NCBI GenBank assembly: GCA_002633005.1
Contig: NMRA01000160.1
Coordinates: forward strand, 590,043-654,042
From: Phoronis australis
Lineage: Eukaryota > Animalia > Phoronida
DNA length: 64,000 nt
Direction: 5' to 3'
Below, in pieces: positions 13,248 through 26,246 of the stretch. Positions within the stretch are counted from its first letter, which is position 1; every line of letters begins with the position of its first letter. Under the pieces are notes generated by a model that ran no database searches, was not told the origin of the DNA, and saw only the letters and a program-made list of their open reading frames with translations. The position numbers were made by a program, and so were the translations under genes.

Positions 13248-13455
13248 ATGCCACTCTTAGGAGCCACTTGTGTTTTTGCAATTTCACTACTCGCTATTCC
13301 AGCGACATACTCGACAAACTGGATAGTTTCTGTGTACTCTAATTCTCCGTTTGTGATTTTCTGCTTCGGAGTGGCGTGGTTGACCATTATAATAATTCTA
13401 AGTTATTTGGCAACGAGAGATAAACATGGAAAACCGTCTGACCCACTTTATTATC
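13248..13455 (+). CDS. TM6SF1: TM6SF1/2-like, exon 1
   Basis: MPLLGATCVFAISLLAIP...KPSDPLYY; two hydrophobic helices then DPL(F/Y)Y; donor C|GTAAGT, phase 1. Confidence 0.88.
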
Positions 13456-14528
13456 GTAAGTTCCGTTCGTTGCGTTGGGTTGGGGAAATTTGATAACGAA
13501 AAAAATCAATGTTACAACTTTTACTTACTTAAAAACTAAAAGTTTTATTAGTTTTTAATATTATTTAGTAAGTTTAAATAATATTAATAAAACTTATAGT
13601 TTTAGTAAGTTTAAGTTGTAACATGGAATTTAGTAAAAGTGGTAAAGAAATTGTGAAGTCACCTATGCATGGTCATCCAGCATTCTAGTTGATCATTGAT
13701 GATTCCTGCTAATGCTGTGCGCTTGGCTCGGTTTGTCTCTACCAACTAGGCAGACCGTCGGAGCTTGACACTGGCAAAAATGTGAGCTGATTTGGGCTCG
13801 TAAAATGAGGTCACCGAAACCAAAAAAACAGAAAAATTTGCTGAACCTTTGCTTGACACTCAAATGAGTGAGGTCAATTTTTTACTTGTTTTTCACTTTT
13901 TTCACTCATACTTTCAAGTGTTTAAATGATTTCTTTACCACAGGCAGAGTGTTGACGTAGTTATCAGTTTTCGGGCAACTGAGCTTTTTACGGAAAGTGT
14001 GAGATTTCTTACAAACACGCTGTCTATAAAAGAACAATTGTCCCCCGACTAACATTTGATGATTTTCATGATTAGTTATTTGCAGGGTCAGGATAAACCT
14101 TGTTGATGTCCTGTGATATGAATGTGCATGTTGGCAGTCCAATGGTTTTTACTTGTGGTAAAAATTCTTCAGTATGGCACACTGGTTAAATTTGATTTTG
14201 TTTAAATTTCTCAACAAAAATATTTTTTTCAGGAAAATTTACTTTGATTTTAGCATGGTTTGTATGGTGTAGCCATTATCAAACAACATTTGGTAAAATT
14301 TTGATCATTTGCAACAATGACTAAGCCTCTGAAAAACAAAATTATGGCAACTTTGGCAATTATTTTTATTCCAAATTGAGGAATTTTCACTATTATCCAC
14401 TGGTCTGTCCTAATCCTACACTACTATAAGACTTGATGTGCTACAAGTTATATTATATCCCTGTTGATGTGCTGAATCTTGTGTTTGAATTGGTTCTTAA
14501 TGTCCAGTGATGTTATTTGGCATTTCAG

Positions 14529-14730
14529 TTCTTGGCATATTCACATTTTCCTCCATCACTGATTTGATCCTTGCGCTGGAGAACGATGGTTTTATTGAGG
14601 GCTTTATGGAGTTCTATCTGTGCAATGGGGAACCGTACCTTAAGACGGCTTATGGCACGATGATTTGTTACTGGGATGGAACTGGACATTTTGCGATGTA
14701 TTTAATGATGCTGTCTGCTATGTCATGGGG
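14529..14730 (+). CDS. TM6SF1: TM6SF1/2-like, exon 2 (first EXPERA domain)
   Basis: LGIFTFSSITDLILALENDGFIEGFM...GEPYLKTAYGTMICYWDGTGHFAMYL matches the TM6SF signature GEPYL.TAYG.MICYWDG..H. Acceptor CATTTCAG (an alternative in-frame AG lies at 14506-7); donor GG|GTAAGC. Confidence 0.95.
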
Positions 14731-17700
14731 GTAAGCTTTATAGTGGACCTTGTGACTGGAAGTAAAGTTGATTGATTAAAATGAAATGGTCACTTCCCAA
14801 AATACCACAATGCTTTTCATTTTTTAAACTACTAGGTTCGTGTGTGACTGATGTTATGATGTTATTTGATTAACATTCATTGCTAGACTGACATTGACAA
14901 CCTGTGGTGTGCCTGTCGCTAATTGAAACTGGGCTTACACAGATTTTCACCTCCTTTGTTTCTGCTTGGTTTATTAAGTATCAGTCCACGGATCCACCGA
15001 CTACTGTACAGCCAACAAGCGGCAAGGTGGGGGGTCAGCCATTCAGATCCATGTTTAGTCTGATAAATCACATTAGGGATGAGAGAAACTGGGTGAAGTA
15101 TGACACCACAAAGTTTGGTGGTTTAGGAGATACAAGGGAAGTGTTCTTGGGGGCAAAATGAGGCAATTTCTTGGTGTGGAATGAGTCATTTTTGACCAGA
15201 TTTTCTACTCCAGTTTCTGCTTCAAACAGAATCGTTTCTGAACAATTTTGATATCACATGATAGGTTCATGGCCAATGTCAGTAAAAACGGCACCAACAC
15301 TGCAATATCTGTTACCATGGTAACACTGGAACTGTTTCCGTGGAGGTACATTTCCTTCTTGTGAAAAACCAGCAGTAAGTTGTACCCTTATAGCGAAGCT
15401 GCCCCCGCGAGAAAACTAAAAATAATAACATGGACATGTAGAAGACTCCATGCCCTTGAAATTAATACAATAAAAACTTTGTCAGCCCTTCAGGCAGGCT
15501 TGGTAATAGGTGTCTGAATTTCACTATTTTCAGACCGCGTATGTGTATTTGTCATGTTAAACCAGTCACTAGTTGTGCGCCGTTTCTACGCATTAATATG
15601 CCGTGGTATAATACAACAATTAAAAGAATTGGTTTGCTTAAATGTTTTTAATTAATTTTAANACAGGATTTCTCAGTGTGGCCATCACATTTAGATGATT
15701 TCTGACCACTGTACTGTTCCTTTTCCTTGAAAATGCATAATTGATCTGAATTTATGTTTCCGCATTTTATTTACCATTATAGATTTTTGTTTGTAAATGG
15801 ATATATATTACTGAAATTTGAGACCCTGTTGCAGTTAGGCTGGTTGAGTTAACTTATCTTTCTACCTGGGTTGTAAACCCATATTCTGTCCAGGAGGTAA
15901 TAAGTTTTGATTTAGACCATTTACCTCTATAAACTTTGCTCAGTTTGTTTCTTATCCAGATGGGAAGTGATTTCTGGAATTATAGCGAATTGACAGTTTG
16001 CTATTCCTTGAGACCATGCTGTGTGTATAAAATCACACACTATTAGTCTGGTCTTTAGCAGTTGTATATTGCCAGATGTTTCAAAGTTCTGAAATTGCTC
16101 AAAAGTGACCTGCTTTTTTGTTGCAGTACTGAAAAGTATTGGCACATTAGCTCTGGTGGCTCCTTGTTTTTTTTGGCGAATTGACCATTTTATGGTTCCC
16201 ATGGGTAATTTTGTTACTGGTCTAGTATGTATGTACAACTGTAATCGTAGGGCAATTGTAATGCAAACCATGTTGCAAAAGTATTTTTTCATGACCATTT
16301 CATTGTAAAATGCTGCCTAATTGGAACCGACATGCCAATTTTTCATTTTTTGGTGGTTAGTTTTGATAAGAACATTGATGTGGTAAATACAGCTACCTCA
16401 AGTTTGTGAAGAAGAGATTTCAAGTGTTGTCAGCGATATTGCGAAATCACTTATTCGCAGTGAGACTACATCACCTTAAATGTAATTCCCTGACTTTATG
16501 GGCTTTGTGTGGTTGACTATGTCCAGTAGCAATTAGAGTGTTGAAAAGATCTAGAAGGCAATTTTTTATTAGAGTCATAATATTTGCACTTTTGACTGTA
16601 CAGTTATCTTTGCATTGTATTACAAAAACATATTCTGTAGTACACAAGTCTCTGGTTGGTATTTTATATTTTTTCACAAGGAATATTTTCAACTTAGATG
16701 AGTTGTCTGTGAGGCAGGCAATTTTCAAATGAGATAATTATTAAAATTGTCAAACATTGTTTTATTTTTTAGATGTGTGATCTTCCAATAAGTGATTACT
16801 TTTAAAAAACCTGTGCAGAATTTGATTTTTACTCTTTGTTTAAAAGAGAATAAATCCATAAACCTGCATTGTCTTGAAATTTTACTCAAACTACAGATTA
16901 CAGGGTTGGGGATTGGATTCTTAATACAACAGAGTCTGAACCCTACCATGAGCAATACAACACAATACACGGGTATAAAAATTTGGTGTTTAGGTTCCAC
17001 TGAAAGAATTCGTGTGCGCGGTAATAGTTACTAAGGTGCGTGGTCATTGTTTGTGGATACCTTGGGATTTCTCTTCTGTGGTCATCCACGGGAAACCTGG
17101 TCGCATAGAGAACAATAGATTAGCATCTTCATTGTTATAATAAAGATATAATGACGAGCACTTATCGCCAACGGTCTGATGTATGCAAGGTTCTATATCC
17201 ATGCGACCTGTGTTGTTATATCCAACAATGACACAACAAAGGAAAACAATGATAGGACCGATGGGCGAAAAACATGCGACGAGTTGCCACAGACAGTGGT
17301 GGAGTTTGTCTTGTCATTCGAATGTTTTTAGAGAACTGCAAACCCGGTATTTCGTCAGGAAAATTTCTGCAGTCTTTTGTTTTAAGTCGTGGAAAAAACT
17401 GCGGTCACGCCACCAAACTTGTCATTCATTTGATATTATTTGATCAACAGAAAATCTGACTTGAATATGTGTGAAGAAATACCCATGAGGAAAGTAAAAC
17501 AACTGTAAATCAAAATAACCTACATTTGTCGAGTTCATCTCTAACCCTGTTCACTGCGGAGGACATAATCGGCTTTTTACAAAATGGAGCCATGTATGGT
17601 ATTTAGGGGTACTATAGCCCAAAGTGATAAGTAGTAAAACGTTCAAAACATTAAGGAGGAACTAACTTGTTGCAAAATATCGAAAAATATGAAGGACAAT

Positions 17701-19442
17701 CGGATGTTACGGTGCTCACGCATCGATCTCAGATATATGGCAATTTCTCATTTTAGTACATTTGAGGTGCCAAAATGTATAACTAATAAACTGGCTGACA
17801 AAGTTTTTATTTTATGCAATGAAAGTAACATGTTTTGTCAACATTTTGGCAAAGTTTCATTCTCATAACAGTGGAGGCAGATTTGGTACAGCAGTGTACT
17901 GAACACAACCTCAAAATGGCATAACGGGGGGCAGTGTAGTAAAACTGCTAAATGAGGGTGGTAAATCGGAATCGTGTTTCAAGACATCTGTATAACAATT
18001 TATAGGCACCAATAAACAATGCCAAGTGAATAATAAATCAATAGCTTTCATTCAAGGAAAAATATGAACAGTTAAAACTGGACAGTTTTTTACCGTGAAA
18101 ACATGACTGCGAAACCGTAAAATGTGTTTGAACCTATAACTTTAGAAAAACACAATATTTTGAGGAAATATTTTACCGCTGTTTATAGATCCCATAGGAC
18201 TACATATGTGCCAAATTTGGTGAAAATCGGCTGACCCCCACCTTGCCGCTCATGGTTGGTGCTCTCGTGGACTAGTACTTAATAATAAAGTCATTGAAAG
18301 AGCAATGCTCATAACAATAATTATAGATGTGTGAACTTCAGTCAGAATTTAGATGTTCCCTGGCCCAACTTTTCTGTTATACAATGATAAATGCTGCCTT
18401 GCAGTAAATTTATCATAAACTATTGTTTTTAATTTACAAGAAAATTCAACCAAAACATCGCATAGCACATCCAGTTATGGTGTGTACATGACCAAGGGAT
18501 AGCCATCTTTGCCCATAAATGAAGCATTGGCACATGCATCTATATGCAAAACACTTGAAAAATGCATAATTTTCGATATAGGTGGATTGGGCCAATTATG
18601 CGCAAATCGGGTGAGAACATTTAGTGCATTATTAGTCTTCTTCACTCTTCTGTGTATACATTCTAAAGCAAGGTACAGTAGTTTCATCAAATTTGAACAA
18701 TATCGGCCAAGGTTTTCATTTTTTTAATTTTTCTAACTCTCACTATATTGCCAAAAAATGTTCCAAATTTCACCATGTATTTATTGGTGACAGCTTTACT
18801 ACATTAAGTTTTCAAATAATGAAGTAAAATTGTCTTCTAGGCTTGTTGAAAATTTTCAATTCGTTGATAAAATAGAATTTTATTGTTCCCCCATATTGTG
18901 TTCTAATTTGAGGAAGTTTTACTGTAATCAGCCTTTGTTACATAATTATAAAACAAACAATTTTGACGACTATTTTTGGGCACATTAAGTGAATAATTAC
19001 AGTAACTGTAATGAGTCTCCTGTTCTTCCAAATCTTACAAATGACTTGGTACAGCGCAAGCCATAAGTATTCGGATGAAATGACCCGAATTCCTTCAATC
19101 ACGACGACTGGGCACTGAGAACCTAAATTCATCCCCAGAGTTATCTCCCCTCGCTGTCAGAGTAGTCTCCCCTGATAACTGCGAATGAAGGGGAATTAAC
19201 AAGAATGTTATCAAGGTGGCCAAGACATTCTGCAGTTAGAATTTTGCTCCTATAATAGTTATAACCAGCCATACTGGATGTTCACAGAATTAGCCATCGT
19301 GACGGGGAAAATGGTATTTTGTCTGACATTGCTTTTGTCTTGTTCTGTATTCAAATTTAGACACATTGTACTGCGCGGTAAGTTCTTTTACTGAGAAGTT
19401 GATATTATTGAAAATTTGGTGATTGATTATTTATTTTATTAG

Positions 19443-19525
19443 CCAAAGCTACAGAGATGTGGCGTTATACTGGATTGGTTCCATTGGACACAGCATGATT
19501 GTTCTGCTACTGGGCAGCTTGATAG
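19443..19525 (+). CDS. TM6SF1: TM6SF1/2-like, exon 3
   Basis: QSYRDVALYWIGSIGHSMIVLLLGSLI, cf. TM6SF1 TYRTIGLYWVGSI; acceptor TTTATAG, donor G|GTGAG; phases 2/1. Confidence 0.92.
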
Positions 19526-19741
19526 GTGAGGTAAATTAATTCAGCATTCATACCAGAGGGCACCACGCTCAAATTTTATTTTCTCCAGAATTCCTCCGAC
19601 CACTACCGTGTTATCTATCATGACTATGCAGTGCTTTTGAGTCACTAATGTCAAATTCCTGTCTAGGGAACAATGCAGTCTGAACCTTGTTATTCTTATC
19701 GAAATTATTACTTGTGAGTAGAATAAATGTACATAAATAAG

Positions 19742-19842
19742 ACAAAAATGGATCACTGAAATTTTCGGATATAATAACATCCTTCGTCAACAGAAACAGA
19801 AGGATGTTATTATATCCGAAAATTTCAGTGATCCATTTTTGT
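19742..19842. repeat. Perfect inverted repeat, 44-bp arms and 13-nt spacer, within a repeat-family fragment
   Basis: ACAAAAATGGATCACTGAAATTTTCGGATATAATAACATCCTTC is followed by its exact reverse complement; imperfect pairing extends to about 19717-19870. Confidence 0.92.
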
Positions 19843-21243
19843 TGTTTTATTTACGTATGTTCATTCTACTTTTCAACAAACAAGTGTATCCTTTAGAGGA
19901 TCTGGATTGCCTCTTTTAGTTTCGGATTTATTTACCTGTGAGGTAATTCAAGAAATTTTTAACCAAAAACACAGAACACATTGGTCTTTCCTTTAGAATA
20001 GAAGACTGTAATGGACAGCGTTCTGTCATGCCAATGCGCTCTACTTTAATCGAGGCGAGAACAATGTTTTTGTCGAAAACTGCGGAAACTTTACCAGGCA
20101 CAGATCGACAGTTGTCAAATAATCAGTTGTTTAGATACTTTATTTGAGAGAACACTATGGATCCGAAAAACTTTGAGTTCAGTATGTTTTACTTTTTCTC
20201 ATTAAATTTGAAGAGATGTTCAAGTTTATTAGTTGTTTGGTGTGAAATGGATGTTTACTCAACTTCTATTGGTAAATTGAAATGTTTTTCGATGGCTCTA
20301 ACACACAGTGCTTTTCAGAGCTGCTTAATGTTTCAATGAAAAATAAGCCTCAGCTTGTTCAACTTCTGAAACTGGTCTGTCATGAATCCGTTCAAACTTT
20401 TCATTCCAGATGATGTTAACGTTGTGTAGGACCCCAGAAAAATATCCAGATTCGGGGCTATCTTTGGAACGTTATATCTTAGAAATGGCTAATCAAAACT
20501 TTCAGATACTATGGTTTATGCTATCATTCTCTGAAATGCTGCTAGGCATTATTGTTTTTAAAATACTCTACTTTTGCATGAATGGTTATCAAAAATATGA
20601 CTTGTGAATTTTCCGAAAGAAATTAAAAGTTCCACAATACAAAACGAAAAGATAATTTAGAAAACTGTAACTGTTAAATGTTTTTAAGATTTCATCTTGA
20701 ACATTATATCAGACGAATTTTGGTCAGGTTATCTTTATCATTTTGATATGAATGTTCGTTTCTTTTTTTTGATAAGTTTTACTGAAAAGAGCAATTGATG
20801 GCGGATTGGTATACGATTGAAATTCAATTCTATTAGGCTTTCTACTTTCAGAAAATATATACTTTCACTGACTGAGTTAGAATCGATAGTTTTATTAATA
20901 TTTGGCTAAATACAATTAATGTTGATTAGGTGCTTAAGTAACTTAGGAGCAAAGGCTGGCCTTCCTACAAGGGCATGGAGATACCGATTCAGTTAATATT
21001 TGGATGCGGTTCAGTTACATCAGCAACTCTCCATAGCATACTGTCACATTGCGCTTTCTCTAGTATGTTGTTGTTATTTTGCAGCAAATGCTCAGCACTG
21101 TTGCAAACCTTGCATGACAGAAGTCGGTGAAGCATTATGGGTAAAATGTGCGTTTTTCAAACGATATCTCTTAGGTTCGTAACGAGGCTATCTGCAGTAA
21201 TCTTACAAGTTACCGTTGATAACATTCGGTGTTTTCTCTTTAG

Positions 21244-21371
21244 GTAACATTGGTATCAAGTGGTCTTTCCTACTGAACACGCCTTATCTCATCATACCTT
21301 TTGTTTGGGCAGTACGTCTGCTGTCCAGCGACTCTAAAGAGAAGGAAGAGGAAGAAGATACCAAACCTGTG
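21244..21371 (+). CDS. TM6SF1: TM6SF1/2-like, exon 4
   Basis: NIGIKWSFLLNTPYLIIPFVWAVRLL...EEEEDTKPV; acceptor CTTTAG, donor GTG|GTTAGT; phases 1/0. Confidence 0.9.
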
Positions 21372-22072
21372 GTTAGTGCCTAATCGTGACGGCGTTATTA
21401 CAGGAAGTGTCTCCGATTTTGGATAAAAAGAAACGCTAGAATTTCCATTTTTGATTTTCGAAGGCATGCGTCATTGCTACGTATGAGAAATTGACAAATT
21501 TTATCATCTTGAGCCCTAAATCAAAGTCTTTACCGTATGGTTTGGCGATTACCACTTCCAGACATTGGAGTGTGCGCCAGTTTCTGCAAATATATGCTGA
21601 GCTACTCCCCCATTTTGGTTGATTAAAATTCAAATCGGTGATAGTTGACCATCATTCATAGCATTATTCATGGAAACCTCTTTTGATCATTCCTCAGTGA
21701 TAAGAAAACTCATAGATTATCATGATTTACAAAAAAAATTGTATCAATTGTTAAATGAAAATATGAATTTCTGTTAGCCATCGAACCATTCACATGAACT
21801 TATGGGAATGATTAATATGAGTTCATGCTATTTTACCAAATTTATGTTTGCTTATTATAAAATAGACATCTGTTTTTCAAAGTGAAAAATCCCGGTAGCA
21901 AGATACAGTATTTTAACAGCGAATTCAGCCTTTTGAAAAAAAATGGAATGATTGTTATTCTAGGATATAAATATATTTTCCTGCAAAATTGACAATATTG
22001 CCGTACCTAAAGAATAATACAGCAATAGAGCACACAGTTTGTTTCTATCGACACCACAATATTTAATTGCAG

Positions 22073-22171
22073 AGAAATGTTGAATACAGGTCACTATGGA
22101 GGAGGCCGGTTGATCTGTTGCTTGCGTGTTATTTGGTTGGTGCACTGTTGACAGCTGTTCTGCGAGGGCTG
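22073..22171 (+). CDS. TM6SF1: TM6SF1/2-like, exon 5
   Basis: RNVEYRSLWRRPVDLLLACYLVGALLTAVLRGL, cf. LLRRPFDL...FRGL; acceptor TTGCAG, donor CTG|GTGAG; phase 0. Confidence 0.9.
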
Positions 22172-22276
22172 GTGAGGCTTTAAATGTGCTCTTAAAACCA
22201 CAATCAGTTTCTGGTTCAAAGGTCATGAGTTCACCGACCTCTGTGGCCACCTTATTAGATTAACATTCAATGCTGA

Positions 22277-24059
22277 TTTTTATGTGCCCACATATTTTAT
22301 ATGTGGGTGCATATTGCCGTCATCTCTGTCTGGGCGTCCGGCGCCTGCGGCTGTATCTCCTAAAGCCCTTGCAGGATCTTATTGCAATTTGGCAGGTTTG
22401 TACCTATGGGGTTGACGACAGGGCGACGAGTTTCGGACCGACCCGAATACCGCTGTGCCCACTAGTGGCAATTTTAGTTGTTTATGTTTGCCTCTGTATC
22501 TCCAAAGGTCATCAACCGATTTTCATGAAATTTGGCACATAGGCATCTGTTAAGGAGGTGATGCTATCTTTATGTTTCCGGATGGATTCGAGGTATTTTG
22601 CACCATCTATTGGCCATTTTTAGTATTTTCGAGTCCGTTTTTGGTGTCCGCTCCTCTGTCAACCACACCACTCTGAGGATGATTGCGAAAATTGGCATGT
22701 ATGTTCTTACTATGAAGAGGATGGTTGACGATGATTTTCTGACGAATTTGACTACTGTGGCGCCTACTAGTGGGTGTTTTATTTGTTTTTACACCCATGG
22801 CTGTATCTCCTAAACGCTCTACAGGATCTTTATTAAATGCAGCAAATGTGTTTATATGAAGTTGACAACAGACGACGACGACTTTCAGACAGATCGGACT
22901 ACAAATTTGCCCCCTAGTGGCAATTTTAGTTTTTTTACGTTTACCTCCGTATCTTCAAAGGTCCGCAGTGAATTTCCATAAAACTCTGCACATAGTCATC
23001 TATTAATGAGGTGACACTATCCTCTCGTTTTTGGATGGATTCGAAGTATTTTTTGCCACCTAGTGGCCATTTTTACTGTTTTCGAGTGTTTTTTTAACAT
23101 CCGTCCTTCGATCATCCAAACCACTCTAAGGATGATTGTGAAAATTGGCATGTATGTTTAATTGTTCTTACTATAAAGAAGACAATTGACGTTGTTTTTC
23201 CGATGACTTCAACTACTGTGGCGCCTCCTAGTGGCAGTTTTGTTTTTGTTTTGTGCCCAGGCGTACCTGTATCTCCTAAGCCCTCTGCAAGATCTTTATT
23301 AAATTTAGCACGTGTATTTATATGCAGTTAACAACGGAAGACGACGGCTTTCAGATGGGTCCGACTAACCCTGCCCCCTAGTGGCAATTTCATTTTTTTC
23401 TGTTTTCCTCTGTTTCTCTGTTGAAGTTCCTCAACAAATTTTCATGAAATTTGTTAGATAGCTTTCTTTTAAAGAAACTGACATTTTCTGGTTTTCAGAA
23501 GGATTCGACGTATTTTACCCCATCTAGTGGCCATTTTTACTGTTCTCTAGTCTGTTTTTGGCATCCGCCCTCTGTCAACCAAACCACTCTGAGGGTGATT
23601 GTGAAAATTATCTTATATATGTATTGTTGGTGTGAAGAGGACGATTGATGAAGACTTACCGACTTGAATTACTGTGGCGGCTCCTAGTGGCATTTTTTTC
23701 GCCCTTAGCTGTATCTCCTAAGCCCTCTGCAGAATGTTTATTAAATTTATCAAGTGTATTTGTATGACATTGACAACAGAAGACCACAACTTTCAGACGG
23801 ATCTGATGAATGCTTTGTCCCATAGTGGCAATGTCATTTTTTCAGTTTAGCAAAAGTTTCTTGACGGATTTTTATGAACTCTGGTAAATAGCTTTCTGTT
23901 AAAAAACAGTTACATTTTCCAGTTTTTTGATGGATTTGAGGTATTTTGCACTATCGATTATATCTAGTGGCCATTTTTATGATACAAATCAACACTCTAG
24001 AAGCACACCGTTTACAGTGCATTTGTTGGCACATTTCAACGCTCCGCGTTGCTCTTGTT
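22277..24059 (+). mobile_element. Non-autonomous Helentron/HINE-like element with ~450-bp internal tandem units (TM6SF intron 5)
   Basis: 5' TTTTT plus hairpin TATGTGCCCACATA..TATGTGGGTGCATA; 3' hairpin CAACGC-TCC-GCGTTG then CTCTTGTT. CTGTATCTCCTAA recurs at about 22351, 22801, 23267 and 23709. Inverted copy at 32223-33757. Confidence 0.8.
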
Positions 24060-24503
24060 ATGAATTGTGAAATGGGATTTGCAAATGAAAATTCAGTCTA
24101 GTTGATCATTATTCATATTAATCAATAAATTTCATATCATATTACGTGTTAAGTGTAATTATATCAAAATATCAAATTGGATTATTAATAAATGCAATTT
24201 GCTTTTAGTGAATCTAGATGCAAACTTCATATTATCTGATCCTTTTATTGACACTGGTGAACGCTTTGTACCGTGACATGCTGTGAAATATAGTGCCTTC
24301 AAGTTAAGTCCATCTTTTTGAACCACCCTGTATTTTTCCTGTAACTGGAAGTTAATTCTTTTTGACTTGAGTTGCAGGCAGTGTTTATGTTTTTTTCTTT
24401 AATTGTGGCGTGTTATCTGACTCCTTTCAGGTTTTTGAACCACCCTGTATTTTCCTGTAAATAAGTACAGTATGGTGTTAATTCCCATGGACGTTCATTT
24501 TAG

Positions 24504-24596
24504 GCAGTGCTGGGCTCTCAGTGGACCTTGGCAAAAGTGTACAGTGAGAAGTATGAACCTTACCTCAACGATCCCAGCGCTTACCCCAAAGTCCAG
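24504..24596 (+). CDS. TM6SF1: TM6SF1/2-like, exon 6
   Basis: AVLGSQWTLAKVYSEKYEPYLNDPSAYPKVQ, cf. EPYLKDPAAYPKIQ; acceptor TTTTAG, donor CAG|GTAATT. Confidence 0.93.
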
Positions 24597-25928
24597 GTAA
24601 TTCCTCTGGTTCTGCACTGCTATGTCACCAGTGCTATTTTTGTACAGATCTTTCTCTCTCTATCCCTCTCTCTATTTTTCCCTCTCCTCCCTTTCCCTNT
24701 TTAAATCCCCACAAGGTAATAATTAAGGCAATTCATTTTGTATTCATCAGGTCAAGGTTATGTGGGACCCTACAGAAATGGCCTTATTTGACGGACTTCC
24801 AAACACGGTATCTCAGAAATGACCAATCGGATTCATGCGGAACTTTCAGATACTATGCACTGTTCTCATAAACACTTAAGGATTAATTAATTTTGAACTG
24901 TTCCACTTTTGCATGAGGGGTTATCAAAAATAGGAATTTGAGGATTTTCTGGAAAATTTTAAAGTTGCTTCAAACGAAAATGAAATATTAGAAAATTGTG
25001 AAAGTGTTTTTGATAAATCAAACTAACTTAAAATAACTATGGTGGAGAAACTGAAAGTCAGAATACTCGTCAGTAGTCATTTGGTCCCTGTGTGAACTTG
25101 AGAGCTCTAATCTGCCTTATTAACAAACCCTGAAAAGGGTTCCACCCAATGACAAATTGATGTCACTCTTCAGAATTGTGCTGAAACATTTTTTCTATTT
25201 GCTGTTTAAATATAAGATATACCACTCACAGTCACAACAAACAGCAGGCTGAGCCACAGAAAATTGCCCAATTATTTTTTTTGAAATTGATGCGGTGATA
25301 TTTTTAGTTGTCATTGGACAAAAGGAAAGTCACACAGTGCCAGCTGAAATAGGTCAGGATCTTTCTTCTTACCCAGTGTCAGGTGGCCCCATCTGCCATG
25401 CTCAGCTTTCAAAATGTGTCCGGCACAGACCAGAACTTGCAATAAGTTGAACGTCTTCAATGGTCATTGGCTGCGGTCATCCTCAGGATGATGGTTTGGT
25501 GGACTTTGTCACTTGAGGAAGTTTGCTATTTACGAGAAAGTCTATATATTAGGAAAGCAGGCGACAGGGTTATGAATCGTGATGTACATGTATGACAGTA
25601 ATGCATTATGTGGCGCAAAGTGCGAAACTCCATCACCTGACTGCAAGTCCATCTAACCATTATTCTGAGGATGAGCGCAACTTATAAGTACTCGGTAGTG
25701 TCTCATGAAATTCACCGAATATTAGAACCAGTTGCATAATATTTTTGGCCCTATGAAATTGGCCATGTCAAAAAAACTTACGAACTGAAAAAGGCACTGT
25801 ATAGGGCTTTAAAAACAAGTTTCACCAAATTCAAAGCGGTAATTACAGCCTTTTCACTTGCAGTTGTTTAGTTTGTCGAAGCTCAGCGACCACGTGATAG
25901 CATTTCAGGACCGATGTTCTATTTTCAG

Positions 25929-26246
25929 ATGCTTGTTTATCTCTTTTACTTTGTGCCATTCTACGTGATGTCATTATATGGCCTCGTGTGCCCAGGCAAT
26001 AAGTGGATGATAGAGTGGTCTCTGTTACATGGTGGCGCCGCTGCTCAAGCGCAGATCTCCCACATAGGCTCGTCAATACATTCGCGCACTCCATTTCTTT
26101 TAAGAGTCTCGGAGGATTTTTCAGTGTCCATTTATTTCTGGATTATTAACGTAGCACTTTTGATCGTTCCACAGCTGATGGTTTACCGTATCACTAGTTA
26201 TCAAGATTTCTTTTTAAAAAGGCAAGAGAAAGCCAAAACCAGCTAA
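25929..26246 (+). CDS. TM6SF1: TM6SF1/2-like, last exon
   Basis: MLVYLFYFVPFY...HGGAAAQAQISHIGSSIHSRTPF..RV...VPQLMVYR...KAKTS*. Total CDS 1131 nt = 376 aa. Ends in a KxKxx ER-retrieval motif. Paralog identity (TM6SF1 vs TM6SF2) unresolved. Confidence 0.95.
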   Translation: MLVYLFYFVPFYVMSLYGLVCPGNKWMIEWSLLHGGAAAQAQISHIGSSIHSRTPFLLRVSEDFSVSIYFWIINVALLIVPQLMVYRITSYQDFFLKRQEKAKTS

